Position numbers and translations under genes: made by a program. A stretch of DNA of 64,000 nt, from positions 5,056-69,055 of the forward strand of contig CAWBOU010000050.1 in the NCBI GenBank assembly GCA_963790365.1, given 5' to 3'. Below, piece by piece: positions 10,354 to 18,896 of this stretch. Numbering within the stretch: position 1 is the first letter of the stretch; every line of letters starts with the position of its first letter. The notes under the pieces were generated by a model. That model was given only the letters and a program-made list of their open reading frames with translations, was not told the origin of the DNA and searched no databases. The DNA is from an uncultured delta proteobacterium (GTDB lineage Bacteria; Desulfobacterota; Binatia; JACPRU01).

Positions 10354-10572
10354 TCATGCGAGTCGCTTCTCCGCTTCGACGACGACGGGATGGAGGGACG
10401 TCGCTTTCAACTCGGCAACGATCGCGCGGAGCTCTCCGCGCTCGGCCGGGTCGAGCGTGCTCCAGTGGGGAATGAGCGTCAGCCAGCGGTACTGTTTCGC
10501 CGGGTCCGCGATCAGCGTCGCCGCGAGCTTCAGGACCTCGCTGGTCGGTTGATTCGCATAGCTGACGTCCAT
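10354..10572 (-). CDS. Small hypothetical protein (72 aa)
   Basis: ATG at 10572 (MDVSYANQPTSEVLKLAATLIADPAKQYRWLTLIPHWSTLDPAERGELRAIVAELKAT...). Protein-like composition; upstream part of the track ORF is Arg-rich junk. Confidence 0.4.
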   Translation of the reverse strand: MDVSYANQPTSEVLKLAATLIADPAKQYRWLTLIPHWSTLDPAERGELRAIVAELKATSLHPVVVEAEKRLA

Positions 10573-10661
10573 GGCTTCAGCCTCGCGTCTACTTCTCCGC
10601 GGGGAACGTGAGAACTCGTTCAAGTCGCGGCTGAATGTCAACCGCTCGCGCCGCGGCTCGC

Positions 10662-11228
10662 ATGGCACTCGCCACGAAACGGCGTCGCATCGAAGGATAT
10701 CGACACCTGCGGCGCTCGCCCGGTTTCTCGCTTGCAAGAGTCGCCGACGTGAACACCTTCGCAGCACGCAAATCCCTTGGCGGTCGAAGCCCTGAGACCC
10801 GCGTCCGCCCCAAGAAGCAGCGTCCCCGAGTCCCGAGGACCCGCGTCAGGAGCGAGGCGACGCCTCGCGTCGCAATCGTCGACGATCATCCCGACGTCGC
10901 CGAGACCCTGGCCGTCCTGGTGAACGGCTGGCTCGGGTACGAGGCGCGGTCCTTCATGAGCGGCGCCGATTTTCTCGCTTCACTCGACCAGCACCGTCCC
11001 GATGCGGTCCTCCTCGATCTTTGGATGCCGGCGCCCGACGGCAGAGAGGTCATGCGGGAGCTTCGGATGCGGGGCTTTGCCGACATTCCCGTGATCGTCG
11101 TGAGCGCCGCCGGCGACGCGGCCCTTAGCGCTGCGGTCGCCGCCGGCGCAGTCGCGGCAGTGCGCAAACCCGTCGAGCGAGGCGAGCTCGAGTCTGCGCT
11201 GAAGCGCGCGCTCGGGCAGAAGAGCTAG
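10662..11228 (+). CDS. Response regulator receiver domain protein with basic Lys/Arg/Pro-rich N-terminal extension
   Basis: C-terminal 125 aa is a REC domain (VAIVDDHPDVAETL...LLDLWMPAPDGREV...IPVIVVSAAGD...RKPV). Start codon uncertain (ATG at 10635/10662, or a downstream GTG). Confidence 0.6.
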   Translation: MALATKRRRIEGYRHLRRSPGFSLARVADVNTFAARKSLGGRSPETRVRPKKQRPRVPRTRVRSEATPRVAIVDDHPDVAETLAVLVNGWLGYEARSFMSGADFLASLDQHRPDAVLLDLWMPAPDGREVMRELRMRGFADIPVIVVSAAGDAALSAAVAAGAVAAVRKPVERGELESALKRALGQKS

Positions 11229-11313
11229 GCTCGGCTGCCCGCGCCGCGTGGCCGAAGGACGGCTCGGCGGTCGCGTTGCAAGGTCGCGATCACGCTGCTA
11301 TCCGGGCCGGTGC

Positions 11314-11397
11314 GCGAGAGTGGCGGAACTGGCAGACGCGCAGGATTCAGGATCCTGTGGGGTAACACCTGTGGGGGTTCAAGTCCCCCCTCTCGCA
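11314..11397 (+). tRNA. tRNA-Leu (anticodon CAG), long variable arm, CCA not encoded
   Basis: Acceptor GCGAGAG/CTCTCGC, anticodon stem CAGGA/TCCTG with loop TTCAGGA, T-arm GGGGG-TTCAAGT-CCCCC, discriminator A. Confidence 0.8.
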
Positions 11398-11474
11398 CTC
11401 AGCCTCGCTGACGCTCGGCTGCTTGCTCGAGCGGGGCTTGGTCGCGGAGGTGAACCGCTTCGCGGTTCTCTTCC

Positions 11475-11497
11475 GGGTTCAAGTCCCCCCTCTCGCA
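11475..11497 (+). repeat. 23-bp exact direct repeat of the tRNA-Leu 3' end (GGGTTCAAGTCCCCCCTCTCGCA), 100 bp downstream of the original (11375-11397)
   Basis: Identical 23-mers. The intervening 77 bp contain a GCGG-AGGTGAA-CCGC hairpin resembling a degenerate tRNA arm. Pattern typical of an attL/attR or tRNA-fragment scar. Confidence 0.6.
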
Positions 11498-11565
11498 TCA
11501 AGCACTCCGCGTAGTTAGCCCGACCACCCAGCGAGTGACCGCCGCGGCATCGAGGCTCTGAATCG

Positions 11566-11913
11566 TCACTTCCCGCTCTTTTCGGGGACGGGCACTCGCT
11601 TGGGATCCGCGATGAGATCCTCGCGCACGGTCAGCGGCGCGTTCACGCCTCTCGGTTCGTCACCATCCGTGCACGACGCCTCAACGCGATGGATCTCGCA
11701 CCAGGTCCGCACGGTTCCGATAGCCTCCCCCAAGGTCATGAAGATTCTCGTAGTCAGTTCGGGCGGCAGCACAACTAGCCGCACCTCGGTGATCTCGCCG
11801 TCACGTTGGGACTCTTGTCGCGCGTCTATCACCCGCCAATGGGCACCGTTCTCGTGAATCTGGACGGACATCCCTTCGCCAAAATCGATCCAACCGGAGT
11901 CGAGATCTTGCAT
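11566..11913 (-). CDS. Hypothetical acidic small protein (115 aa)
   Basis: Non-Arg-biased composition (MQDLDSGWIDFGEGMSVQIHENGAHWRVIDARQES...). No recognisable motif. Confidence 0.45.
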   Translation of the reverse strand: MQDLDSGWIDFGEGMSVQIHENGAHWRVIDARQESQRDGEITEVRLVVLPPELTTRIFMTLGEAIGTVRTWCEIHRVEASCTDGDEPRGVNAPLTVREDLIADPKRVPVPEKSGK

Positions 11914-12049
11914 CGTAACCTCATCCTCACAACGTCAGTCGTTTTCGCGGCCCACCAATGGGGGATGTCCCCTACTTTCAGCGGGCGCGCCCGGGTCCCG
12001 GGGCTTCCGCCGCACGGGGTTTCCCCTCGCCACCTCGCCGGTCTCGAGC

Positions 12050-13069
12050 TCAGAGGCGATCGCGAAGGAAATCGGCGATCGCTCCGCCGACCCGATCGTT
12101 CGCTTCCGGACGCAGGTGGCATTGGTCGTAGAAGAGGTCGTAGGGCTGCGCGCGTAGGAGCGGCAACAGGTCGAGGTACGGAAAGCCGAGCTTCGTGCTG
12201 AGCGCCTCAGCCTTCCGCTGAGGCGTGTCGTCGACGAACGTCGTCTCGACTTGGTAGCGCACGGGGAAGCTCACGATCGCGATTCGAAATCCGTGCTTTC
12301 GGCCGAGATCCTGCAGCTCGGCGAAGCCGTTCTCGACGACCTTCCACGAGTCGGGCTGCCAGGCGGCTCCCCAGTCGTAGCGCGCGAGGTCCGCGAGACG
12401 GTGGAACGCCGCCTCGTCGAACGTCCAGTCCGCGCGTTTGGCGGCTTCGATCCATGCGAAGCGCTCGACGCCCTGTCGCGCGAGCCAACGATCGAGCCGG
12501 AAGCTCCGGTACAGAAGGTCGACGGTGACGAGCCGCTGTCGGAGCCAGCCGCGCGCGCCGACTTCGCCCGAGAACCCCGACGAGGGCCGGCTGTCGTTCA
12601 AGTAGAACCCCAGCACCACCCAGTCGACATCGAGATCCAGCGCGGCCTCGCGCAACATCGCGATCTGCTCCCTGAGGCCGACGTCGTTCATGCCTCCGTT
12701 CACGACCTCGACGTTCGCGCCGATCGAGCTCCGAAGATGGGCTTCGAGACGGCGGACGTACGTCTCGCGCTCCAGCACGTAGTCGCCCAACGTGATCGAA
12801 TCACCGAGAACGAAGATGCGCCGAGTCCCGGAGGGCTTCGGCATCGCGATCTCCGGCCCGCGCAGGCCGCGCGAATTGACGCGGAGGGGGATGTTGCGGT
12901 GCGACAGCCGATGATTCCGGATCAGGACTCTGGAACTCGGCACCAAGCGCGGGCCGTTCGGCGTATTCGCGATCCAACGACGCGCCTGGCGATTCGCCGG
13001 GCCGCGCTGATCCAACACGTAGGTCTGGGTGCGGCGGAGATAGACCTCGAGCAGCCCCGCCGAGATCAC
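12050..13069 (-). CDS. SGNH/GDSL-family hydrolase (esterase/O-acetyl-esterase-like)
   Basis: GDSIT block (IFVLGDSITLG), GxND block (VVNGGMNDV) and C-terminal DQCHL (Asp/His of the triad). Frame is open upstream across a TM-like segment (LWTAAIAASLAAVISAGLL), so the start may lie upstream of the GTG at 13069. Confidence 0.7.
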   Translation of the reverse strand: MISAGLLEVYLRRTQTYVLDQRGPANRQARRWIANTPNGPRLVPSSRVLIRNHRLSHRNIPLRVNSRGLRGPEIAMPKPSGTRRIFVLGDSITLGDYVLERETYVRRLEAHLRSSIGANVEVVNGGMNDVGLREQIAMLREAALDLDVDWVVLGFYLNDSRPSSGFSGEVGARGWLRQRLVTVDLLYRSFRLDRWLARQGVERFAWIEAAKRADWTFDEAAFHRLADLARYDWGAAWQPDSWKVVENGFAELQDLGRKHGFRIAIVSFPVRYQVETTFVDDTPQRKAEALSTKLGFPYLDLLPLLRAQPYDLFYDQCHLRPEANDRVGGAIADFLRDRL

Positions 13070-13148
13070 GGCGGCGAGCGACGCTGCGATCGCCGCCGTC
13101 CACAGACGTGCCTTCCAGCTCGGCCGCGCGGGCGCGGCGTCCGGCCGG

Positions 13149-13823
13149 CTACTCGTCGTCGTCGACCACCCCGTCCCCGTCGCAGTCCTCGAAATCGGGA
13201 TCGCAGTCGCCGGGGTCTTCCGGGCAATCCTCGTCGAAGTCGGGATCGCATTCCTCGGTCGGCGTCGGGAGCGGTGTCGTCAGGGCCGTCGGGAGCGGTG
13301 TCGTCGCGGCCGTCGGAAGCGTCGTCGGCGTGTCCGTCGGCGCCGGGCCGCCGCCCGAGGGCACGAGCACGGTGAGCTCGAGCCCCTCCCCGCCTTCGAG
13401 GAATTCGTTCGGCGAGTCGGGGATGATCCGCGCGTGGTACTCACCGGGCTGAGTTCCGGAGAGCACGTTGATCGTGATCACCGCGGTCTCCGGGGACTCG
13501 AACTCCTCGAGCGTGACGAAGATCGGGTCCGACTGGAGCGTGAGCTGATCCGGCACGTCGCTATCGAGGCCGATCACGCGGACGTCGACCGGTGGAGTGA
13601 CGAACTGGAAGCCGCTTTCATCCAGCAGCATCGTCATCTCCACCTGGTCGCTCGCGCCGGCGCGGATCGTCCGCGTCTCCGACTCGGTCGTGACCTCGAC
13701 GTTCTCTTCGGGTGCGCAAGCGGCGCTCGCGACGACGGCCGCCACGGCGGCGACGATCCCCATCCACGAGGAAGCCGGCGAGCTCATCGGCGATGGAATA
13801 GATTCCGGACCGTCCGAAATCAA
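13149..13823 (-). CDS. Secreted protein with Thr/Pro-rich linker and acidic Cys/Asp-rich C-terminal tail resembling thrombospondin type-3 calcium-binding repeats
   Basis: N-terminal signal peptide-like MGIVAAVAAVVASAACA, a central beta-rich domain, the linker PTDTPTTLPTAATTPLPTALTTPLPTP, and a tail CDPDFDEDCPEDPGDCDPDFEDCDGDGVVDDDE (DxDxDG motifs). Start codon overlaps the stop of the upstream lipoprotein ORF (ATGA). Confidence 0.6.
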   Translation of the reverse strand: MISDGPESIPSPMSSPASSWMGIVAAVAAVVASAACAPEENVEVTTESETRTIRAGASDQVEMTMLLDESGFQFVTPPVDVRVIGLDSDVPDQLTLQSDPIFVTLEEFESPETAVITINVLSGTQPGEYHARIIPDSPNEFLEGGEGLELTVLVPSGGGPAPTDTPTTLPTAATTPLPTALTTPLPTPTEECDPDFDEDCPEDPGDCDPDFEDCDGDGVVDDDE

Positions 13824-14359
13824 CGGCGGAAACGAATCACGGCGGCGCGGAGGTCCGCATCGTTGAGAATTGCCCGCGGCACGGGGCGCTGAGCGATGCC
13901 GCCCTGGCGGCGATTCGCCCGGTAGAGGATCACGATCCCGTCCGCACCCATGCGACAGGCCGCGAGGCGGGCGGATTCCAGGATCGCCTCGGGGCGCTCG
14001 GCCGGCGAGCGGCGCTTGACCTCGACCACGCCGAGGAACTCGAACGGCTCCTGCGGCTCGGTTTGGAAGACCTCGACCTCGCAGGGCACGGGAGTCGGTG
14101 TCGGCGAGCCCTCGGGGGTCGCGGTGGCGGGCGGGGAAGCGGGGGTCGGAGTGGCGGGTGGCGCGGTCGGAGTCGCCGTCGCGGTCGGGGTGGACGTCGG
14201 CGATGGCGTCGAGGTCGCGTCGGCCGTCGCCGACGGCGGTGTCGACGGGATCGGCGTGAGCGATGACGTCGGTGCCGTCGGAGCGCCCGGCGGGGTCGCA
14301 GGCGCCGGCGGCACGCAGCCGGCCAAGGCGAGCGCGAGCGAAGCCGCGACTACTCGGAT
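13820..14359 (-). CDS. Lipoprotein with Pro/Thr-rich linker and small C-terminal domain; no canonical start codon (best candidate is an ATC at 14357-14359)
   Basis: The frame encodes ...RREIRVVAASLALALAGC (lipobox LAG/C), then a PT-rich linker, then CEVEVFQTEPQEPFEFLGVVEV...GADGIVILYRAN. There is no ATG/GTG/TTG within 60 codons upstream of the lipobox. GGGAG sits 9 nt before the ATC. The 3' end is translationally coupled to the next gene. Confidence 0.45.
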   Translation of the reverse strand: MRVVAASLALALAGCVPPAPATPPGAPTAPTSSLTPIPSTPPSATADATSTPSPTSTPTATATPTAPPATPTPASPPATATPEGSPTPTPVPCEVEVFQTEPQEPFEFLGVVEVKRRSPAERPEAILESARLAACRMGADGIVILYRANRRQGGIAQRPVPRAILNDADLRAAVIRFRR

Positions 14360-14580
14360 TTCTCGTCGCTCCCGCCGGACCGCGGCGCGTCCGGTGACAC
14401 CACTTCGGCGATCTTGAGGAGCAGCGTTACCGGCAAGAACAAGATCGCCACGAGCGGGCTCTCGTAGCTCGGCGGCTCTTTCGGCTTCTCCGCCGGTTCG
14501 TCCGCTCGCGCGAGCGAGACCGGCATCATCGAGAGGGCGCCGAGGACGGCGACGGCGATCCACCGCGAGGGTCGCTTCAT
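14350..14580 (-). CDS. Small secreted/membrane protein (76 aa) with Sec signal peptide
   Basis: MKRPSRWIAVAVLGALSMMPVSLARA/DEPAEKPK..., then the hydrophobic helix PLVAILFLPVTLLLKIAEVV. Its ATG overlaps the stop of the O-antigen-ligase-like gene (ATGA), indicating translational coupling. Confidence 0.55.
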   Translation of the reverse strand: MKRPSRWIAVAVLGALSMMPVSLARADEPAEKPKEPPSYESPLVAILFLPVTLLLKIAEVVSPDAPRSGGSDEKSE

Positions 14581-16241
14581 GACCCGTGGTGTAGCAGCGG
14601 GGGCCGCGCGGCTTCAACGAGATGGAGGGCGACGGCGCCGAGCGCAAACGGAGCCGCCGCCGCGGCGACGACGGTGACCGCGAGCGGCGCGCCGTTCGGC
14701 AGCGGCGCGAGGAGGATCCCCGCCGCACCGGCGACCATGAGGAACGCGAGCAGCAGCGACGTCTCGTAGAGCGAGCTTCGACCGCGAACGACCCGCCAGA
14801 GGATGACGCACGCCGCGAGCGCCGCCGCGCCGATCGCGAGCCGGGGCAGAGCCGCGAGCGGCGGCGCGAGCCAGGCGATCACCCCGATGCCCACGAACGC
14901 GACGAGCGCGGCGGTCGGCCCGAATCGGAGCGGCGCCTCCGTCGCCGGCGCCTCGCGCAGAACGACGCCCGCCGCGAGCCCGCTCACGAAGAGGAAGCTC
15001 ATCTGAATCGGCGTGCTGCCGAGCGAGTAGTAGGTGAGCCCGTGAACCGCGTGAAGGAGAACCGCGCCGAGCGCGGTGACGACGATCGCGCGCGTCGGGC
15101 CGCGCGGGAGCGCCGGGATCGCCGAGCGCCACACCGAGGCGAACGCGAGCCCGACCGCGAAGAGCGCGGCGAGCCCCACGAAGCCTCTCGTCATCGCGAT
15201 CTCGACGTAATTCGAGTGGAGATGCCCGACGCCGAAATCGACGAACGGCGTCCGGAACTCGCGCGAAAGCGAACCGGTCGTTTCGACGCCCGTGCCGAGC
15301 ACGGGGCGGAGCGCGAAGATCCGGAGCCCCTCGCGCCACATCGAGAGGCGCCAGAGGTTCGAGTAAACCGTCGCCTCCGGCACCTCACTCGCTTCCTCGT
15401 CGTCGACCACGACGTACGACGAATAGAAGGACTCGAGCCCGCCTGGCTGTCGCGCGACGACCGCCACCTGGATCGCGGCGACGATCGCGAGCGCGAGAAA
15501 GATCCGCCGCGGCGCCTCGCGAAACGCGAGCACGAGCGCCGTGACGGCGAGCGCGAGCCACGGCCCGCGGCCGCCGGAGGCCACGACGGCCGCGGCGAAC
15601 AGTACGACGAGCCCGGCCGCAATCACCTGCTCGCGGCGCTCACGGCTCTCCCGGAGGAGCCCGAGCGCCAGCGCGAACGCCATCGCCTGCACGTGTCCGA
15701 ACGGCAGATGCCCGGTGAAAAATCCGCTCGCGTTCGGGCTCGGCGGGTGGAGGAGGTCGAAGCCGAACGCGACCTCGGCGAAGCCCTGCACGGCGGCGAC
15801 CGCCGCGGCGCCGAGCGAGAGCGCGATCAGGCGATCGAGGGAGACGCCCGCCGCGACGCCCCAGGCCGCGAGATAGAAGAGCGCCCAGTAGCCGAGGTTC
15901 CGGAGCTCACGGACGCTCTCGAGGGGCTCCAGCGAGATGAGCGTCGCGACGACCTGAGACGCCGCCCAGAGCGCGATCGCCCCGTCGAGCGCCGTTCGGC
16001 GCGGCCGCACCCGCCCGGCGCGCCAGTCCCAGAGGAACAGGAGGCCGGTCGCCAAAAGCGCGAGGTCAGTGAACGTCTTCGAGACGGGCGCCGCGAGCGC
16101 GACGGCCGCGAGCCCGTACTCGATTCTCGGGGGCTCGGGAGCGTTTCCGCCGAACCCGGCGGACTCCGCCCCGCCGGAGCTCAGGCGTGCGCGAGCGGGC
16201 TCGCCGCCGTGGCCTGCTGCGCTCCGCGAGCTCGCCACCAC
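14577..16241 (-). CDS. O-antigen ligase/polymerase (Wzy_C) family polytopic membrane protein
   Basis: Wzy_C core FFTGHLPFGHVQAMAFALALGLL ... NLWRLSMWREGLRIFALRPVLGTGVET ... FGVGHLHSNYVEIAMTRGFVGLAAL. The N-terminal ~170 codons of the track ORF are Arg-rich junk overlapping the radical SAM gene. Start placed at the TTG/GTG cluster ~16238-16244. Confidence 0.65.
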   Translation of the reverse strand: MVASSRSAAGHGGEPARARLSSGGAESAGFGGNAPEPPRIEYGLAAVALAAPVSKTFTDLALLATGLLFLWDWRAGRVRPRRTALDGAIALWAASQVVATLISLEPLESVRELRNLGYWALFYLAAWGVAAGVSLDRLIALSLGAAAVAAVQGFAEVAFGFDLLHPPSPNASGFFTGHLPFGHVQAMAFALALGLLRESRERREQVIAAGLVVLFAAAVVASGGRGPWLALAVTALVLAFREAPRRIFLALAIVAAIQVAVVARQPGGLESFYSSYVVVDDEEASEVPEATVYSNLWRLSMWREGLRIFALRPVLGTGVETTGSLSREFRTPFVDFGVGHLHSNYVEIAMTRGFVGLAALFAVGLAFASVWRSAIPALPRGPTRAIVVTALGAVLLHAVHGLTYYSLGSTPIQMSFLFVSGLAAGVVLREAPATEAPLRFGPTAALVAFVGIGVIAWLAPPLAALPRLAIGAAALAACVILWRVVRGRSSLYETSLLLAFLMVAGAAGILLAPLPNGAPLAVTVVAAAAAPFALGAVALHLVEAARPPLLHHGS

Positions 16242-17554
16242 CAATACCCGAGGAACTTTCCGGCCCAGGAGGTGCGGAGGTAGTAGCGCTGATAGGCTCG
16301 CGACTTCGCGCGCATGATCTGGCCGGACGAAAGCCGATCGTGCTGCATGACCGGCGTGTAGATGTCGTACTGCTCCCAGTCGTCCGTCAGGAGGCCGCCG
16401 CGCCGCTCGACCTCGTCGAAGAAGCCGGTGCCCGGGTACGGAGTCGCGACCGTGAACTGCGCGCCGATCGTGTTGAGCGAGATCGCGTAGTCGACCGTCG
16501 CCTCGATCGATTCGACCGTGTCCCCCGGAAGCCCGAGGATGTAGAACGCGGTGACGGCGATCCCACGACGGTAGCAGTGCGTGAGCAGGCGCCGCACGCG
16601 ATCTTGCTGCGGCTGGTGCCGCTTCACGTGCTTCAGCGATTGCGCGTTCGCAGACTCGATACCGACCTTGATCGAACGGAGCCCCGCCGCGCACATGCGG
16701 TCGATCAGCTCTTCGTCGAGGTAGTCGAGGTGCGTCTCGCACACCCACTCGAGATCGAGACCGGCTTCACGGATGCCGTCGGCGATGGCCAACGCGCGTG
16801 CGCGATCCAGGGTAAACAGCGGATCGCGGAAGAGCACGCGCCGGGCGCCGAACTCCTGCACCAGGTGCTCGAGCTCGGCGATCACGTTTTCCGGCGAGCG
16901 CTTGCGCCACTTCCGTCCGGTCACCGCCGTATAGGGGCAGTAGTACGCGCAGGAGAGCGTGCAGCCGCGGCTCGACAGCACCGGGAAGAACGCGTTGCCG
17001 GTCGGGAAGTACGGGCGGTAGCGGAACTGCTCGTGCCCGAACACCCGCCACGAGGGGAACGGCAGCGAATCGAGGCGCTCGATCGGCGGGCTCGTGATCC
17101 GTCCGGAGAAGCGCTCGCCCGCGGCGATGCGCTCGACCACGTGCTCGGGCTCGCCGACGATCACGAAATCGGCGCTCGACTCGAACAGCTCGGGACGGAC
17201 GGAGGCGAACGGGCCGACGAAACCGACCGTGATGCCGCCGCGAGCGCGGAGCCGATTCGCGAGGGCGATCTCGGAGTGGTGCGCGACGAGGGAGGTGTAC
17301 ACGAGCGCCAGGTCCGCATCGGCAGCCGCGGACTCATCCTCGCCGTAGGAGACGTCCCAGCCCGCGCGCTCGAAGAGCGCGGCGAGATAACCGAAGCTCA
17401 GGACCGGATAGCGGATGCCGCCCCGCTTCAAGCGGGTCATCACCCGGGCGACCGCCCCGTCACCATAATCACTGACGGTCCCGAACCCGCCGGAGACGTC
17501 TTTGTTGACGGCACCACGGCGCGTCGGAATCGGGTTCAGCAGCGCGACTTTCAT
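16181..17554 (-). CDS. B12-binding domain/radical SAM protein (class B), apparently intact
   Basis: 457-aa continuous ORF with N-terminal B12-binding-like region and radical SAM core SSRGCTLSCAYYCPYTAV (unusual Cx3Cx3C spacing) and GIESANAQSLKHVKR (GGE-like region). Confidence 0.75.
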   Translation of the reverse strand: MKVALLNPIPTRRGAVNKDVSGGFGTVSDYGDGAVARVMTRLKRGGIRYPVLSFGYLAALFERAGWDVSYGEDESAAADADLALVYTSLVAHHSEIALANRLRARGGITVGFVGPFASVRPELFESSADFVIVGEPEHVVERIAAGERFSGRITSPPIERLDSLPFPSWRVFGHEQFRYRPYFPTGNAFFPVLSSRGCTLSCAYYCPYTAVTGRKWRKRSPENVIAELEHLVQEFGARRVLFRDPLFTLDRARALAIADGIREAGLDLEWVCETHLDYLDEELIDRMCAAGLRSIKVGIESANAQSLKHVKRHQPQQDRVRRLLTHCYRRGIAVTAFYILGLPGDTVESIEATVDYAISLNTIGAQFTVATPYPGTGFFDEVERRGGLLTDDWEQYDIYTPVMQHDRLSSGQIMRAKSRAYQRYYLRTSWAGKFLGYWWWRARGAQQATAASPLAHA

Positions 17555-17747
17555 GCGGCTTTCATCCGATCATCCACATCCGCCCAACCCTCGTCTGGAT
17601 CGCACCGACACACCCCGGCGGACACTCCCCTTAAGTTCATTGAAATTGTCCCCCCGGACTATACGGCAAAACGCGGGCAGGCAAGGATTGGCTGAAAAAT
17701 CCCATGGATGACGGCTCGGTTAGGGGCGCGCGATGATACAGATGCAA

Positions 17748-18896
17748 TCACGAAATACAAATGTTTTGCGCCGCCCGCGAGAGAATCTTGAGATAGCGTT
17801 CTTTCCGGTCGTTCCAGGTCACGCGCCGGGCGTGATCGAGCGCTCGCGCCCGCATCGCTTGCCGCTCCTCCCCCGCAACGAGGATCCGGCGGAGAACGTC
17901 GGCCTGACCCCGCGGGTCGCCGAAAGGGAGGAGCGCGACCGCCCCGGACTCCGCGGCGAGATCCGGCGTATCCCCCGCCGGGGTCGCGGCGACCGGCGTG
18001 CCCGCCGCGAGCGCCTCGAGATACGCCTCCGGGTAGACCTCGTGGCGCGAGGTCCGCACCATCAAGTCCGCGGCAGCGAGGAGGTCGAACCGTTCCTCGC
18101 CGCGCACGGCGCCGAGCCAGCGGACCGCCGACGCGAGCCCGCTCGCCGCCACGAGCGCGCGGATCGCCTCTTCCCGGTCGCCGGTGCCGGCGATCCAGAG
18201 CTCGGCATCGATCCCGCCCTCGCGGAGGTGCCCGAGCGCCGCGACGAGCTCCTCCATGCGGTTCTCCTCGACGAGTCGTCCGAGGAAGAGGAGGCACGGC
18301 GCCTCGGGCGAGACCCCGAGCCGTCGGCGCGTGGTCTCTCTCGGTACTGTCTCGACCGGCCCGCCGCCCGCCGCGGTCACGACCTCGATCTTCGCGGCCG
18401 CGCTCGGATGGCGCGCGGCGAGCGCCTCGCCGAGCCGACGACCGGTCGGGATGATCGCGGCCGCGCGGGAGAACGCGAGACCCTGCACCGCCTCGTAGGC
18501 GCGCGCGCCGACGCGTCCGCCGCTGTGTGACGGCTCGGCGGCGAAGATGTGGACCGTGATGACGTAGGGAATCCCGAAGCGTCGCTCGACCCAATACGCC
18601 GCGAGCGCCGAGAGCGGCGTCTGCGGATTCAGCACGTCCGCATCGGGACGAGCACGAAGCGCGACCAGGGAGCGGAAAAGGAGCGTGACCGGTTGCGTGA
18701 CGAGACCGCCCGCGGCGCCGAGCGGGACGACGCGCGCGTGCTCGTCCGAGCGACCCGCCGCGGAGAGGATCGTGAAGGTCGCGCGGTCCGCGAGCGAGCG
18801 CACCATCCGCTCCGCGTAGACCTCCATCCCGCCGGAATGCACCCACGGGGTCGAGAAGGCCGGGTAGTCCTTGCAGCCGAGGAGCCAGACCTTCAC
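17748..18896 (-). CDS. Glycosyltransferase family 1 (GT4-type, GT-B fold)
   Basis: GTG start at 18896 overlapping the upstream gene stop (GTGA). C-terminal EVYPEAYLEALAAGTPVAATPAGD nucleotide-sugar-binding motif (E-x7-E). Confidence 0.75.
   Translation of the reverse strand: MKVWLLGCKDYPAFSTPWVHSGGMEVYAERMVRSLADRATFTILSAAGRSDEHARVVPLGAAGGLVTQPVTLLFRSLVALRARPDADVLNPQTPLSALAAYWVERRFGIPYVITVHIFAAEPSHSGGRVGARAYEAVQGLAFSRAAAIIPTGRRLGEALAARHPSAAAKIEVVTAAGGGPVETVPRETTRRRLGVSPEAPCLLFLGRLVEENRMEELVAALGHLREGGIDAELWIAGTGDREEAIRALVAASGLASAVRWLGAVRGEERFDLLAAADLMVRTSRHEVYPEAYLEALAAGTPVAATPAGDTPDLAAESGAVALLPFGDPRGQADVLRRILVAGEERQAMRARALDHARRVTWNDRKERYLKILSRAAQNICIS

Noticed and set aside
11375-11497. CRISPR-like array suggested by two identical 23-mers
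   Set aside because: Only two copies, derived from the tRNA-Leu 3' end, with no further repeat-spacer periodicity and no cas genes.
11248-11514. 88-aa ORF overlapping tRNA-Leu and its repeat
   Set aside because: It is entirely explained by the tRNA gene and the repeat; Arg/Gly-rich translation.
13980-14300. Tandem-repeat element suggested by the PT/APT/TPS-rich coding stretch of the lipoprotein (and the similar stretch at 13300-13380)
   Set aside because: It is a low-complexity Pro/Thr linker at the protein level. The DNA shows no exact tandem unit.
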